From Elusimicrobia bacterium GWA2_62_23 (GTDB taxonomy: Bacteria; Elusimicrobiota; Elusimicrobia; Elusimicrobiales; UBA9959): a DNA stretch of 64,000 nucleotides. Position 1 is the stretch's first letter. Each line of letters starts with the position of its first letter. The position numbers and the translations under genes were made by a program. The notes beneath the pieces are model-generated. The model saw only the letters and a program-made list of their open reading frames with translations, made no database searches and was not told the origin of the DNA. The stretch covers positions 1,309 to 65,308 of the forward strand of contig MGTV01000029.1 of NCBI GenBank assembly GCA_001799635.1. The letters run 5' to 3'. Positions 51,567-61,055 of this stretch are shown here, in pieces.

Positions 51567-54500
51567 ATGCAAACAAAGTTCGTCCATCTTCATAACCACT
51601 CCGAGTACTCGCTGCTCGACGGCATGCTGCGCCTTTCCGACGGGCACGGCGGCCCTTCCGATTTCCTCAAGGGCCTGGGCGCCCACCCCGGCAACGCCCT
51701 GGCCATCACCGACCACGGCAATATGTACGGCGCCATGGAGTTCTACTTCATGGCCAAGGCCGTGAACCTCAAGCCCATAATCGGCTGCGAATGCTACGTC
51801 ACCCGCGGCTCGCGCAAGGACCGCGACAAGAGCACCGGCCGCCGCGACAACGGCCACATGACCGTGCTCGCCAAGAACGACGTCGGTTACCGCAACCTCA
51901 TGAAGCTGGTTTCCGCCTCGTTCATAGAGGGCTTCTACCACGATCCCCGCATAGACGCGGAGCTCCTGGCCAAGCACGCCGAGGGCCTGGTCTGCCTGTC
52001 CGGCTGCCTCAAGTCGCATATCGCGCGCAACTGCGCCGAGAACAAGCTGGACGAAGCCGCCAAGATAGCCATGGAGTACCAGGATATCCTGGGCAAGGGC
52101 AATTTCTACCTGGAGCTGATGGACCACAATATCCCCGAGGAGACCGCCGCCATGGCCGGCCTCATAGAAGTGGCCAAGCGCACCGGCATCCCGCTCGTGG
52201 CCACGAACGACTGCCATTACCAGAAGAAGGACGACTGGGAAGCGCACGACGCGCACATCTGCATTTCCACCGGCTCGCTCATGGACGACCCGGACCGCAT
52301 GCGGATGACCACCCACGAGCTCTACTACAAATCCCCCGACGAGATGATAAAGCTCTTCTCGCACACCCCGGAGGCCATCAAGAACACGCTGGCCATCGCC
52401 GAGATGTGCGACGTCAAGATAGACACCAGCAAACTGCACCTGCCCGCTTTCGATATCCCGAAGGACTACAAGGACAAGCACCCGGAGGGCGACGGCGACT
52501 TCTACTACCTCAGGGACCTCTGCGAGGCCGGCCTGAAGAAGAAAGTGCCCGGCGCCGGGGCCGAGTACCATAAGCGCCTGGAGTTCGAACTCGACACCAT
52601 AAAGAAGATGGGCTTTTCCAGCTACTTCCTGATAGTCATGGATTTCATCAACCACGGCCGCTCCATAGGCGTGCCCGTGGGGCCCGGCCGCGGTTCCGGC
52701 GCCGGCGCGCTGGTGGCCTATACGCTGGACATTACCCGCGTGGACCCGCTGCCCAATTCCCTGCTGTTCGAGCGCTTCCTGAACCCGGGCCGCAAGAGCA
52801 TGCCGGACCTCGACATCGACTTTTCCGACGACGGCCGCGAGAAGGTGGTGCAGTACGTGCGCGAGAAGTACGGCTCTTCGCGCGTGGCCAACATCATCAC
52901 CTACGGCACCATCAAGGCCAAGAGCGCCATCCGGGACGTGGGCCGCGTGATGAACATACCGCTTACCGAGGTCAACGCCATCGCCAAGCTCATCCCCGGC
53001 GACCCCAAGGCCACCCTGTTCAAGGCCATGAACGAAGTGGGTGAGCTCAAAGAGTTCATGCGGGACCCCAAGCTTAAGAAGATGTTCGACATCGCCCTTA
53101 AGGTGGAAGGCCTGCGCCGCCACACCGGCGTGCACGCCGCCGGCGTGGTGATCTCCAAGGACGAAGTCACGGATTACGTGCCGCTGTCCAACCGCAACAC
53201 CAAGGAAATAGTCACCACCCAGTACGACGGCAACATGCTAGGCAGCCTCGGCATGCTCAAGGTGGACTTCCTGGGCCTGCGCACGCTCACCATCATAGAG
53301 ACCGCCAGCGAATTCATCCGCAAACTGCCGGACAAGAAAGATTTCGACATCTATTCCGTCCCGATGGACGACAAGAAGACCTTCGACCTGCTCTGCGAAG
53401 GCAGGACCACCGGCGTGTTCCAGCTGGAAAGCGAAGGCATGAAGAAGCTGGTGAAGGGCCTGAAACCCTCAGCGTTCAGCGACATCGCGGCCCTGGTCGC
53501 TCTCTACCGCCCCGGCCCCATAGAGAGCGGCATGCTCGAGATGTTCGTGGAGCGCAAGCACGGCCGCAAGAAGATCGTGTACGACCACCCGCTGCTCGAG
53601 CCTATCCTGAAGGACACCTACGGCACCATGGTGTACCAGGAGCAGGTCATGGAAATTTCCAAGAAGCTGGCCGACTTCACGCCCAGCGAGGCCGACGACT
53701 TCCGCAAAGCCATGGGCAAGAAGAAGCTGGACGTCATGGAGAAGCTGCGCGTGAAGTTCGTGGAGCAGTCCAAGAAATTCCACGACGTGTCCAATAAGCT
53801 TTCCAGCAAGATCTTCGACGACATGGCGAAGTTCGCCGGCTACGGCTTTAATAAGTCCCACTCGGTGGCTTACGCCCTGGTGGCCTATCATACGGCCTGG
53901 CTCAAGGCCAATTACCCGGTGGAGTTCATGGCCGCCCTGCTGACGAGCGAGATAGGCAAGAGCGCCGTCAATTCCGAAGAGAAAGAGAATAAGCTGGTCA
54001 CCTACATAGGCGAATCCCAGGACATGGAGATAGAGATAGCCGGGCCCAGCGTGAACCGCTCCTTCACTAAATTTTCCATCGAGGACCACAACGGCCGGCC
54101 GGCCATCCGCTTCGCGCTCACCGCGGTGAAGAACGTGGGCGAGGGCGTGGTGGAGGCCATAGTGGCCGAGCGCGCCAAGAACGGGCCCTTCCGCTCTTTC
54201 GAGGAATTCACCCTGCGCGCCGATTCCAAGCAACTCAATAAGCGCGTCATCGAGTCCCTGGCCAAAGGCGGCTGTTTCGACTGCTTCTACCCCGCCGAGA
54301 AGCCGGAGCAGTCCCGTACCAAGGCTATGGAAGCCGTGGAGCTGTTCTGCGGCGGCAAGGGGAAGGACTGCAACCAGGCCATGCTCTTCGGCGAGGAGAA
54401 GAAGGCCGCGCCGGTGATGAGCGAGCACGCCCTGCTCAAGAACGAGCACGAGGTGCTGGGTTTCTATTTCTCGGGCCACCCGCTCAACAGCTACCGGCGC

Positions 54501-55079
54501 CACCTGGCCATGGTCTCCAACGCGCAGGCCGACAAGGTGCTGGCCGGCGGTTTCGAGGAAGGCGCCATAGTGCGCGTGGCCGGCATAGTGACGCAGTTCA
54601 AGAACATGCAGACCAAGAAGACCGGCGAGGCCATGGCCAAGTTCGAGGTGGAAGACCTGACCGGCAACATAGGCGTCTGCCTGTTCCCCAAGAAGTACAA
54701 GATCTACGGTTCCCAGCTGGGCCCCAACAAAGTGGTGGTGGTCACCGGCAAGGTGCAGAAATCCGATTTCGGCGAGCAGAATTTCGAGCTGATAGCCGAA
54801 GAGGCGTACCCGCTCTTCGACGCCATGAACAAGTGGGCCCGCGGCCTGGTGGTGAACCTGCCGGAGGGCATCCTTTTCGACGAGAAGCAGCTGCACGACC
54901 TGAGGAGCGTCCTGGGCAAGAGCCACGGGCTGTGCCCCGTCTATTTCCAGGTGAACACCAAGGGGCACAGCACCTACATGATAGAGACCACCGAACGGGT
55001 AGGCCTGACGGAGCACCTGCTGCACGATATAGAGAAGCTGCTGGGGGATAAAACATGGAAAGTGGAAAGCGGATCCTGA
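51567..55079 (+). CDS. dnaE: DNA polymerase III alpha subunit
   Basis: PHP domain HLHNHSEYSLLDG; GPGRGSGAGALVAY; DIDIDF; HAAGVVIS; OB-fold C-terminus. Confidence 0.97.
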   Translation: MQTKFVHLHNHSEYSLLDGMLRLSDGHGGPSDFLKGLGAHPGNALAITDHGNMYGAMEFYFMAKAVNLKPIIGCECYVTRGSRKDRDKSTGRRDNGHMTVLAKNDVGYRNLMKLVSASFIEGFYHDPRIDAELLAKHAEGLVCLSGCLKSHIARNCAENKLDEAAKIAMEYQDILGKGNFYLELMDHNIPEETAAMAGLIEVAKRTGIPLVATNDCHYQKKDDWEAHDAHICISTGSLMDDPDRMRMTTHELYYKSPDEMIKLFSHTPEAIKNTLAIAEMCDVKIDTSKLHLPAFDIPKDYKDKHPEGDGDFYYLRDLCEAGLKKKVPGAGAEYHKRLEFELDTIKKMGFSSYFLIVMDFINHGRSIGVPVGPGRGSGAGALVAYTLDITRVDPLPNSLLFERFLNPGRKSMPDLDIDFSDDGREKVVQYVREKYGSSRVANIITYGTIKAKSAIRDVGRVMNIPLTEVNAIAKLIPGDPKATLFKAMNEVGELKEFMRDPKLKKMFDIALKVEGLRRHTGVHAAGVVISKDEVTDYVPLSNRNTKEIVTTQYDGNMLGSLGMLKVDFLGLRTLTIIETASEFIRKLPDKKDFDIYSVPMDDKKTFDLLCEGRTTGVFQLESEGMKKLVKGLKPSAFSDIAALVALYRPGPIESGMLEMFVERKHGRKKIVYDHPLLEPILKDTYGTMVYQEQVMEISKKLADFTPSEADDFRKAMGKKKLDVMEKLRVKFVEQSKKFHDVSNKLSSKIFDDMAKFAGYGFNKSHSVAYALVAYHTAWLKANYPVEFMAALLTSEIGKSAVNSEEKENKLVTYIGESQDMEIEIAGPSVNRSFTKFSIEDHNGRPAIRFALTAVKNVGEGVVEAIVAERAKNGPFRSFEEFTLRADSKQLNKRVIESLAKGGCFDCFYPAEKPEQSRTKAMEAVELFCGGKGKDCNQAMLFGEEKKAAPVMSEHALLKNEHEVLGFYFSGHPLNSYRRHLAMVSNAQADKVLAGGFEEGAIVRVAGIVTQFKNMQTKKTGEAMAKFEVEDLTGNIGVCLFPKKYKIYGSQLGPNKVVVVTGKVQKSDFGEQNFELIAEEAYPLFDAMNKWARGLVVNLPEGILFDEKQLHDLRSVLGKSHGLCPVYFQVNTKGHSTYMIETTERVGLTEHLLHDIEKLLGDKTWKVESGS

Positions 55080-55426
55080 TAGCTGACGACGACCCGGATA
55101 TAATCGACCTGCTGGAGGCCTACTTCCGGAAGGCGGGGTACCACGTCACCGCCAAGGTGAACGGCAAAGACGCGCTGCAGGCCGCCGAGACCGAGAAGTT
55201 CGATCTGGTGCTGCTGGACGTGATGATGCCCTACATAGACGGCTACCATGTGGCCAGCGAGATCTCCTCGCGGCTTGGGTCGGAGGCGCCCAAGATCATC
55301 ATCATGACCTCTCGCGACGTGGCGGCTGAAAAAGGCATCGCCCTGCTCAGCGGGGCCACCGACGCCGTGCAGAAGCCGTTCTCGCTGGAAGAACTGGAAG
55401 CGAAGGTGAAGGCCGCGCTGGCCTGA
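55055..55426 (+). CDS. Single-domain response regulator (receiver only)
   Basis: RILIADDDPDIIDLL...DLVLLDVMMPYIDG...QKPF. Its start overlaps the dnaE 3' end by 25 nt. Confidence 0.85.
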   Translation: MESGKRILIADDDPDIIDLLEAYFRKAGYHVTAKVNGKDALQAAETEKFDLVLLDVMMPYIDGYHVASEISSRLGSEAPKIIIMTSRDVAAEKGIALLSGATDAVQKPFSLEELEAKVKAALA

Positions 55427-55463
55427 AGATTTGGCAAGTCATTACTCTCAAGGAAGGTAAACG

Positions 55464-56213
55464 ATGAAAAAGTTCAAAGTCGCCGTAACGCTGCTGCTGC
55501 TGGCCGCCGCTCCCGCGCTGGCCGCCAAGGATAAGGACAAGGGCGAATCCGTGGTGCTGCCGGACGTGGAAATGATAGACGTCCCCACCGCCGGTATCCT
55601 CGACTACTACGGTTTCATGGTAAAGACCCGCGCCTATTCCGGCGGCGGCGTGCTGACCGGGCTCAATTTCGGCGTGCTCGAGCGCCTGAACCTGGGCGCG
55701 GCGATGACGGTGGATAAGTTCATCGGTTCGGATTCCGGCATAAAGATGCGCAAACCGGAGATCCAGGTGAAGTTCCGCTTTTACGACGGCGGCTACTACA
55801 TCCCGGCCGCGGCCCTCGGTTACGACGGCCAGGGCTACTTCTATAACCCGGACAGCAAGAAATACCTGGAGAAGGGCAAGGGCCTTTACCTGGTGGGGTC
55901 CAAGGAGATCGGCATCCCCGGCCTGGCGCTGCACGGCGGCTTCAACGTGCCGGACTTCGACAATAATTACCTGTTCGGCTTCCTGGGCATGAACTACACC
56001 CTGGAGGACAAGATAGCGTTCATGCTGGAATCCGACAGCATGTTCCACTCCGACGACCCGTCCCGCTTCAACGCCGGCACGCGCATCTACATCACGCCTT
56101 ACTTCCAGCTGGACTTCGCGCTGCGCGAGATAGGCCGCAACGGCACTTTCTCCAACGGCGCGCCGCGCAAATCCGAGCGCATAGTACAGATGCGCTACAA
56201 CACCAGTTTCTGA
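55464..56213 (+). CDS. Hypothetical outer-membrane beta-barrel protein
   Basis: Signal peptide MKKFKVAVTLLLLAAAPALA. Alternating-polarity strands. C-terminal ...MRYNTSF. Confidence 0.5.
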   Translation: MKKFKVAVTLLLLAAAPALAAKDKDKGESVVLPDVEMIDVPTAGILDYYGFMVKTRAYSGGGVLTGLNFGVLERLNLGAAMTVDKFIGSDSGIKMRKPEIQVKFRFYDGGYYIPAAALGYDGQGYFYNPDSKKYLEKGKGLYLVGSKEIGIPGLALHGGFNVPDFDNNYLFGFLGMNYTLEDKIAFMLESDSMFHSDDPSRFNAGTRIYITPYFQLDFALREIGRNGTFSNGAPRKSERIVQMRYNTSF

Positions 56214-56239
56214 CCCTACACCAAGGAGACCATACCACT

Positions 56240-57274
56240 ATGAAAAAAAAGATAGGCATACTGACCGGCGGCGGCGACTGTCCCGGGCTTAACCCGGCCA
56301 TCCGCGGCTGCGTTTACGCGGCGGAGAAGTTCGGCTACCAGTGCGTGGGCCTGCAGGACGGCTGGAAGGGCCTGGTAAACGGCGTCACGATGCCGCTGGA
56401 CCGCGAAGCCGTGGAATACGCCATCATGAAGGGCGGCACCATGCTCGGCACCTCCCGCACCAATCCTTTCAAGGACGAGGCCAACGTGAAGAAGTGCCTG
56501 GCCAATTTCAAGAAGCTGGGCCTGCACGCGCTGGTGGCGATGGGCGGCGAGGACACCCTCGGCGTGGCCACGCGCCTTTACGGCGAGCACAAGCTTAACG
56601 TCGTGGGCGTGCCCAAGACCATGGACAACGACCTGAGCGCCACCGATTATACCTTCGGCTTCGACACCTCCGTCACGAAGGCCATGGAGGCCGCCGAGGC
56701 CCTCATGGACACCGGGCGCAGCCACCGCCGCGTGATGGTTATGGAAGTGATGGGCCGCCACGCGGGCTGGGTGGCGCTGTTTACCGGCATCGCCTCGGCC
56801 GCCGACTACGTCTGCCTGCCCGAGCGCAAGATCAACACGATAGAGATGATAGAGAAGATCAAGGCCGCCTACTCCCGCAAGCGCTTCGCGCTGGTGGTCA
56901 CGAGCGAAGCCGCCGTGCTGCCCGCCGAGAAGGCTGACGAGAGCAAGCACGAACTGGACCAGTTCGGCCACCACATCCTCAAGGACCGCGGCATGGGCGA
57001 GCACATAGCGCACTTCATAGAGAAGCAGACCGGCTTCGAGACCCGTTCGGCCGTGATAGGCCACATGCAGCGCGGCGGCGCGCCGACGCTGTTCGACCGG
57101 ATCCTAGGCACCCGCGTGGGCATCAAGGCCGCGGAGCTGGTGCGCGACGGCGACTTCGGCAAAATGAGCGCCCTCGTGGGCAACAACGTGGTGGGCGTGC
57201 CGCTGGAAAAAGCCACCGGCGAGCTCAAGACCGTCTCCAAAGAGTGGTTCGACCTGATGGAAGTGCTGTTCTAA
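56240..57274 (+). CDS. pfp: 6-phosphofructokinase, predicted PPi-dependent type
   Basis: GILTGGGDCPGLN. MGGEDT (Asp at the position of E. coli Gly104) and PKTMDND (Lys at the position of Gly124). Confidence 0.85.
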   Translation: MKKKIGILTGGGDCPGLNPAIRGCVYAAEKFGYQCVGLQDGWKGLVNGVTMPLDREAVEYAIMKGGTMLGTSRTNPFKDEANVKKCLANFKKLGLHALVAMGGEDTLGVATRLYGEHKLNVVGVPKTMDNDLSATDYTFGFDTSVTKAMEAAEALMDTGRSHRRVMVMEVMGRHAGWVALFTGIASAADYVCLPERKINTIEMIEKIKAAYSRKRFALVVTSEAAVLPAEKADESKHELDQFGHHILKDRGMGEHIAHFIEKQTGFETRSAVIGHMQRGGAPTLFDRILGTRVGIKAAELVRDGDFGKMSALVGNNVVGVPLEKATGELKTVSKEWFDLMEVLF

Positions 57275-57283
57275 AGGGAGCTT

Positions 57284-57826
57284 ATGGAAAACACCCAAAA
57301 CAAGCCGGCGCCGCAGTTCCAGCGCAAGACGATACTCATAAAGAAGCACCTGCAATACCGCTACATGGCGCTCATCTTCGCGAGCGTGCTGCTCGCCTTC
57401 ATAGTGGTGGGGCTGGATATCCTGTGGACCGTCTCCAAGGTGGTCAACGAGCATCCCATGATGCAGCCGCTGCTCGAGGAGATGTCCGCCATGATGCCGT
57501 TGTTCGGCATCAAGATCGTGATGTACATGATCATGGTGCTGATAGTGTCGGCCGTGGTCTCGCACCGCATGGCCGGCCCCATCTTCAAGTTCGAGAAGAG
57601 CTGCGCCACCGTGGCCGAGGGCGACCTTACGCACCGCGTCTACCTGCGCCAGGGCGACCAGCTCACCGAGCTGCAGGACCACTTCAATAACATGACCGGC
57701 GCCGTCAACGAGGCGGTGAAGGAATACGAGGCGTTCCGCCAGGCGGCCGCCGCGGCCGGCATGCAGGACAAGGCCGAAGAACTCCGCAAGAAAGTCGCGG
57801 AGATAATGCCTAAGTTCAAGGTGTAA
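57284..57826 (+). CDS. Two-TM protein with a HAMP domain and no output domain
   Basis: HRMAGPIFKFEKSCATVAEGDLTHRVYLRQGDQLTELQDHFNNM. Confidence 0.6.
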   Translation: MENTQNKPAPQFQRKTILIKKHLQYRYMALIFASVLLAFIVVGLDILWTVSKVVNEHPMMQPLLEEMSAMMPLFGIKIVMYMIMVLIVSAVVSHRMAGPIFKFEKSCATVAEGDLTHRVYLRQGDQLTELQDHFNNMTGAVNEAVKEYEAFRQAAAAAGMQDKAEELRKKVAEIMPKFKV

Positions 57827-57827
57827 G

Positions 57828-59114
57828 ATGCGATCCGAAAGGCTGGCCGCCGCGCTGGTGGCGCTGTTCATAGGCGCCGCCGCGGCGCAGGGCGGCGGGG
57901 AAACCCTTACCATAGACGGCGCCGTGGCGCTGGCGGTGAAGAACAGCCCGGCGGCGCTCGCCGCCGAGCAGGACATCATTATAGCCAGGCAGCGCGTGCG
58001 CGAAGCGCGTTTCATGGCCCTGCCCCAGTTCGCGCTCTCCGGCATAGCCAGCCGCGCCAGCCTGGAGCATCCAGCCGTGCTGGGGCCGGAACTGGGTGAA
58101 AGCTACCTCTCCCCAGACATAGACAATTCCTTCTACACGCTGCGCGCGCAGGCGCTGCAGCCCCTCTACACCGGCGGCAAGAACACCAACACCCTCAAGC
58201 TCGCCAAGACCGCGCATAACCAGGCCAAGGTGAATTACGAGACCGCCAAGGCGGACGCCGCCCTGGGCGCGAAAAAAGCTTTTTATACGCTGCTCTACCA
58301 GCGCCGGCTGAGCGAGACCGCCGCCGGCTGGATGCGCAAAGCCCGGGCGCTGGACGCCGGCCTGCGCAAGGACGCTTTCGAGGAGTTGGAGGCGGCCATG
58401 CTGCTGGCGGGGTTGGCCGACAAGGCACGGCAGGCCGCCGCGGACGAAGAGGCGGCGGAGTCGGACTTGCTCCGGGCCCTGAACCTGGAGCCCGGCTACA
58501 AGGCGCGCCTGGAAGGCGACTTCCAGCCGAGGCCGGTGGAGGAGGACGCCACCCGCAGCCTGGTGACGGCCATGGAACTGCGGTCCGAGCTCAAGAGCGA
58601 GCTGTACAAGGCGCAGATGGACGACATCGCCGTGAACATGGCCATGGTGCGCCGCTACCCTACTATTTATCTCGGGGCCAGTTACGACGTGAACGCCTAC
58701 CGCCTGCAGGACCTGTCCGATAACGCGCGGCGCTCCAGCAACTGGCTGGCCTCGCTGGCCGTTAAATTCCCGCTTTCCTACGACGTCTGGACCCAGGTGC
58801 AGCAGCGCAAGGCGCAGCAGCGCCAGGGCGAGCTGAAACGCGCCGAGCTGCAGGATAAGGTGCGTTTCGAGATCATTTCCGCCCACAAGGAGGCCGCGGC
58901 CTGGCAGGCCGAAGCCGTCCGCCTGACCGAAGAGGCGGCCCGGATGAAATCCGGCTACGAGGCCGCCGTGCGCGCGGCCCGCCCGTCCATGGCCGCCCTG
59001 CGCGCCCTTTGCGCCCTCTGCGATCTGGAGCGCAAAGCGCTGGACGCGGTGCGCCGCCAGCTGATGGCCCGCATCCGCCTGGAATGGGCGCGCGGCAGGG
59101 ACCTGGCCCGCTGA
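57828..59114 (+). CDS. TolC-family outer-membrane efflux protein
   Basis: Signal peptide, two OEP repeats (LTIDGAVALAVKNSPAL...; LRALNLEPGY...). Confidence 0.75.
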   Translation: MRSERLAAALVALFIGAAAAQGGGETLTIDGAVALAVKNSPAALAAEQDIIIARQRVREARFMALPQFALSGIASRASLEHPAVLGPELGESYLSPDIDNSFYTLRAQALQPLYTGGKNTNTLKLAKTAHNQAKVNYETAKADAALGAKKAFYTLLYQRRLSETAAGWMRKARALDAGLRKDAFEELEAAMLLAGLADKARQAAADEEAAESDLLRALNLEPGYKARLEGDFQPRPVEEDATRSLVTAMELRSELKSELYKAQMDDIAVNMAMVRRYPTIYLGASYDVNAYRLQDLSDNARRSSNWLASLAVKFPLSYDVWTQVQQRKAQQRQGELKRAELQDKVRFEIISAHKEAAAWQAEAVRLTEEAARMKSGYEAAVRAARPSMAALRALCALCDLERKALDAVRRQLMARIRLEWARGRDLAR

Positions 59115-59142
59115 CCCGGGCCGCCCGGCACTTTTTCAAAAG

Positions 59143-60084
59143 ATGAAAACCTTTCTCGCCATCCTGCTGCTATGCCTGACCGCGCTGCCCGCGGCCGCCC
59201 AGCTTTCCGACGACGAGATCCTGCGGGAGGCCCTTTGGACCAGGGCCGCCACCGCCAAGCGGCCCGCCCGCCCTTCGGTGGGTCTGGCCTTGTCCGGAGG
59301 CGGGGCCCGCGGTTTCGCCCATACCGGCGTGCTGGAAGCCCTGGAATACGCGGGGTTCCCTGTGGATTACGTGGCCGGGACTTCCATGGGCGCGCTGATA
59401 GGGGCCATATATTCTTCCGGCCAGCCCATAGAGGAACTCTGGGGTTTCGGGCGCGACGCGGCCCGCCTCAAGGTCGGCAGGGATTTCGGCGGCATCAAGA
59501 TGCTGCCGCTGCTGATAGCCGACAAGCTCATAACTCCCAAATACATCACCCAGTTCATACAGGGCCGCCTCGCCGGCCTCACCTTCGAAAAATTGCGCAA
59601 GCCCTTCGCCTGTACCGCCATGGATATCCGCACCGGCGAGAAGATCATTTTTACCGAAGGCCCCCTGGACATCGCGGTGCGGGCCAGCGTCAACATCCCC
59701 GGCGTTTTCGCGCCGGTGCAGTACCGGCACCGGTACCTGGTGGACGGCGGCGTGGTGGATAACGTGCCGGTGGACGCGGCGCGCGGGCTCGGCGCCGACT
59801 GGGTGCTGGCCAGCGTCATGGAGAACTCGGTGAACAAGAACCCGGAGAGCGTGCTGACCACGCTGCTGCAGGTGATAGATATCCGCGGTTCGCTGCTTTC
59901 CAAGGAAGCTGAAAAGACCTCCAATTTCGTCATGCGGTCCCAGGTGGGGGACATGAGCGTGGCCGACTTCGAACGCTGCACCGAAGCCGGAGAGGCCGGC
60001 CTTACCGCGGCGTCGGCGGCCATGGACGCCGCCCGGGAGAATTTCCTGGTCTATGCCGCCCCGCGCCTGGTGGAGGGCCTATGA
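59143..60084 (+). CDS. Patatin-like phospholipase
   Basis: GLALSGGGARGFAHTG, catalytic GTSMGA, and DGG (VDGGVVDNVP). Confidence 0.85.
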   Translation: MKTFLAILLLCLTALPAAAQLSDDEILREALWTRAATAKRPARPSVGLALSGGGARGFAHTGVLEALEYAGFPVDYVAGTSMGALIGAIYSSGQPIEELWGFGRDAARLKVGRDFGGIKMLPLLIADKLITPKYITQFIQGRLAGLTFEKLRKPFACTAMDIRTGEKIIFTEGPLDIAVRASVNIPGVFAPVQYRHRYLVDGGVVDNVPVDAARGLGADWVLASVMENSVNKNPESVLTTLLQVIDIRGSLLSKEAEKTSNFVMRSQVGDMSVADFERCTEAGEAGLTAASAAMDAARENFLVYAAPRLVEGL

Positions 60085-61055
60085 GGTTCCCGGCGGCGCT
60101 GCTCCTGCTGCTGGCCGCCGCCCCGGCGCACGCGTTCATTTTCGGAAAGAGCCCCTCCGGCAGGGCCGAGGCCATCCTCACCGAGATGCGCGCCGCGCGC
60201 GACCGGGGAGACTGCGGCGCTGTCTCCCGTCAGGCCGACGCTTTCCTGGCCGAAAAACCGCCGCCCGCCATGCGGGAAGCCGCCTATGCCTGCATAGGCG
60301 CCTGTCATGAGAGCAGCGGCCTCACCGACAAGGCCATAAGCCTCTATAAGCTCGCTATAGAGCTTTATCCCGAAAACGCCGGTTTCAAGTCCCGCCTGGC
60401 CGCCATTTACAACAGTTCCGGGTTCCATTCCAACGCCGCCCCGCTGTTCCTGAAAGTGCTGGATAAGCGCCCCGACGATATCCCCGCCAACCTGGGGCTG
60501 GCCCGGGCCTATTCGGCCCTGGGGTTCTACTCAAGGGCCAAGACCTATTTCTCCCGCGCCGTGGTGCTGCAGGATTTTTACGACCCCGCCGCGCTGCGGG
60601 ATTACTCCGTCTGCCTGCTCAAGAAGCGGGACTGGGAGGAGGCGCTGTTCATAGCCGGCAAAGGCGCCGCCGCCCAGCCGGGTTCCGCCTACTGGCACCT
60701 GGTCAGGGCCAGGGCCCAGGCCGGGCGCGGGGATTACTATAAAGCCCTGCCCGAGATGGAGGGCGCCATATTGTTGGAACCTTCACGGCAGCTTCGCCTT
60801 GAGCGCGCGCTTTACCTGCTGCTGGGCGGCCTTCCCCGCCGGGCTATAACCGCCGCGGAGGCGGAACTGGCCGCGCGGCCCGGTGACCCGCTGGCCTCCG
60901 TGGTGAAAGGCATGGCGCTGTACCGGCTCGGCGACAAGGCCGCGGCGCGGCCTTATTTCGAAGCCGCGCGCTCCGGGGGGGAATTCACCGCCAGGGTCGC
61001 GGCTTCCTTCCTTGGCGTGAGCGCGGCGGCGGGGCCTCAAACATGCGAAAAATAA
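60081..61055 (+). CDS. Secreted TPR-repeat protein
   Basis: Signal peptide MRFPAALLLLLAAAPAHA. Repeated A-x-x-x-Y-x-x-A-hydrophobic TPR-like helices. Confidence 0.6.
   Translation: MRFPAALLLLLAAAPAHAFIFGKSPSGRAEAILTEMRAARDRGDCGAVSRQADAFLAEKPPPAMREAAYACIGACHESSGLTDKAISLYKLAIELYPENAGFKSRLAAIYNSSGFHSNAAPLFLKVLDKRPDDIPANLGLARAYSALGFYSRAKTYFSRAVVLQDFYDPAALRDYSVCLLKKRDWEEALFIAGKGAAAQPGSAYWHLVRARAQAGRGDYYKALPEMEGAILLEPSRQLRLERALYLLLGGLPRRAITAAEAELAARPGDPLASVVKGMALYRLGDKAAARPYFEAARSGGEFTARVAASFLGVSAAAGPQTCEK

Noticed and set aside
51552-55025. Minus-strand ORFs of 527 aa and 518 aa
   Set aside because: Antisense to dnaE, whose identity is unambiguous.
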